Part shown: positions 31,147 through 32,000 of the stretch, piece by piece
How positions within the stretch are numbered: position 1 is the stretch's first letter
Layout: each line of letters begins with the position of its first letter
Source of the DNA: Methylophaga frappieri
GTDB lineage: Bacteria > Pseudomonadota > Gammaproteobacteria > Nitrosococcales > Methylophagaceae
Reading direction: 5' to 3'
NCBI RefSeq assembly: GCF_000260965.1
Contig: NC_017856.1
Location: 1,440,001 to 1,472,000 of the forward strand
DNA: 32,000 bases
The notes under the pieces: generated by a model
Told to the model about the DNA's origin: nothing
Seen by the model: only the letters and a program-made list of their open reading frames with translations
Databases searched by the model: none
Program-made: the position numbers and the translations under genes

Positions 31147-31851
31147 TCATAACGTCCCAACTCTGACCACACCGGCGGCATCGACGACGCCCTCAACGAT
31201 GCGCTCGGAACGCGTATTTTTCACTCTGACCCGCTGGCCCATTTCAGCATCTGCCATCGCCTCCCCTTTTACGCGAACCTCCATATTGCCAACGGCAGAC
31301 ACCAGCGTAATTAATTGACCTTTCTGAACGAGATGCTGAGGTTTAAATTGACGTTTTGACAAGACAGCGCCCATTGCCAAAGGCGATTTTAATTGTTGGC
31401 CGATTAGAGATTGCATATCGGTGGAATAACCACTTCGCATGGTAAGAATGTTCTGATTTGCCAGTTTAACATCGTCAGCAGTCATGATGTGGTCTGCAGA
31501 TAACGGCCGCGTTGTCACCGCAACGGCGCGCATGACTTCAATTGTAGCAGGAACGTAGACCGTCCATGCGACAGGCTGATGACATCGTACCCCCACGGTC
31601 AGCTTGCCGGAACGTAATTGGTCATTATTGGTAAAGGTTTCTAGATCACTGTCACAACGTTGCAAGCGTAAACGTTTATCAAGTGAGTCCACACTAACGA
31701 CCGGATTATTCCAACGGCTCTGTGCATCATTTAATGCAAATAGATACGCCGCATGTTCAATCGCATTTAATTCATGCAAATCCGCTGCATTCACAGGCAA
31801 TGTCAAAAACATGGCGTAGAGTGTCGCTGTGCAAAAAAACTGTTTAACCAT
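31147..31851 (-). CDS. flgA: Flagellar basal-body P-ring formation chaperone FlgA
   Basis: It has a signal peptide. The C-terminal SAF-like block VKGEAMADAEMGQRVRVKNTRSERIVEGVVDAAGVVRV is present. It lies in flgA-flgM-flgN synteny. Confidence 0.85.
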   Translation of the reverse strand: MVKQFFCTATLYAMFLTLPVNAADLHELNAIEHAAYLFALNDAQSRWNNPVVSVDSLDKRLRLQRCDSDLETFTNNDQLRSGKLTVGVRCHQPVAWTVYVPATIEVMRAVAVTTRPLSADHIMTADDVKLANQNILTMRSGYSTDMQSLIGQQLKSPLAMGAVLSKRQFKPQHLVQKGQLITLVSAVGNMEVRVKGEAMADAEMGQRVRVKNTRSERIVEGVVDAAGVVRVGTL

Positions 31852-32000
31852 CTAGGTAGCCTTACTAGATTTTAACCTCGGATCGGTTTACAGATTGTTC
31901 GCCCAATCCCCTAGTAAAACTGAAGCAAGATTTGTACCGGCTAAAAAGTTTTTGAGCTTATTCAGGGCACTCATTGATGAATAGTTACGGTAGTAACATA

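Noticed and set aside
31888-32000. Open minus-strand frame running from the window edge to TAA at 31888 (…MSALNKLKNFLAGTNLASVLLGDWANNL)
   Set aside because: Only ~37 codons are visible and there is no recognisable motif. I cannot tell a gene 3' end from chance.

Overview
The window has two parts.

(A) 1-17267 is the tRNA-proximal ~17.3 kb of a visibly AT-rich integrative genomic island. Its tyrosine integrase (16153-17139, -) abuts tRNA-Arg(CCT) (17268-17344, -). The distal island end lies beyond position 1. Cargo from left to right:
- an AlpA-like HTH fragment;
- a plasmid-type RepA with a downstream iteron/DnaA-box origin;
- a ~650-bp repeat-rich non-coding tract;
- an integron-type cassette array with 8 attC-like sites but no intI in the window (CALIN-like). 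It carries four GNAT acetyltransferases, a TGA-interrupted flavodoxin-like gene, a peroxiredoxin and a HEPN protein;
- a T4SS fragment of only VirB5/TrbJ, an Eex-like lipoprotein and VirB6/TrbL;
- a toxin-antitoxin cluster (orphan Phd, HigBA, orphan HicB-like);
- a pore-loop membrane protein;
- a HEPN ORF and a Schlafen/AlbA_2 ORF separated by a single in-frame TAG;
- a DPPY methyltransferase operon with two partners I cannot assign.

(B) 17345-32000 is GC-richer core chromosome. It holds cbiX, actP plus a DUF485 gene, an rpf/DSF-like signalling cluster (HD-GYP regulator, hybrid kinase, crotonase-type synthase), a Tat-signal HDAC-family hydrolase, a PAS-GGDEF-EAL protein, a yfcH-like gene, hemH and flgN-flgM-flgA.

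The best candidates for undescribed biology are:
- the methyltransferase-led three-gene operon (13594-16091);
- the HEPN/AlbA_2 unit (12219-13535);
- the 17-aa C-terminal tail shared by the VirB5-like protein and the Eex-like lipoprotein;
- the 31-36-bp mini attC-like sites alternating with normal ones.

All product calls rest on motif recognition by eye. No database search or RNA/DNA folding could be run.
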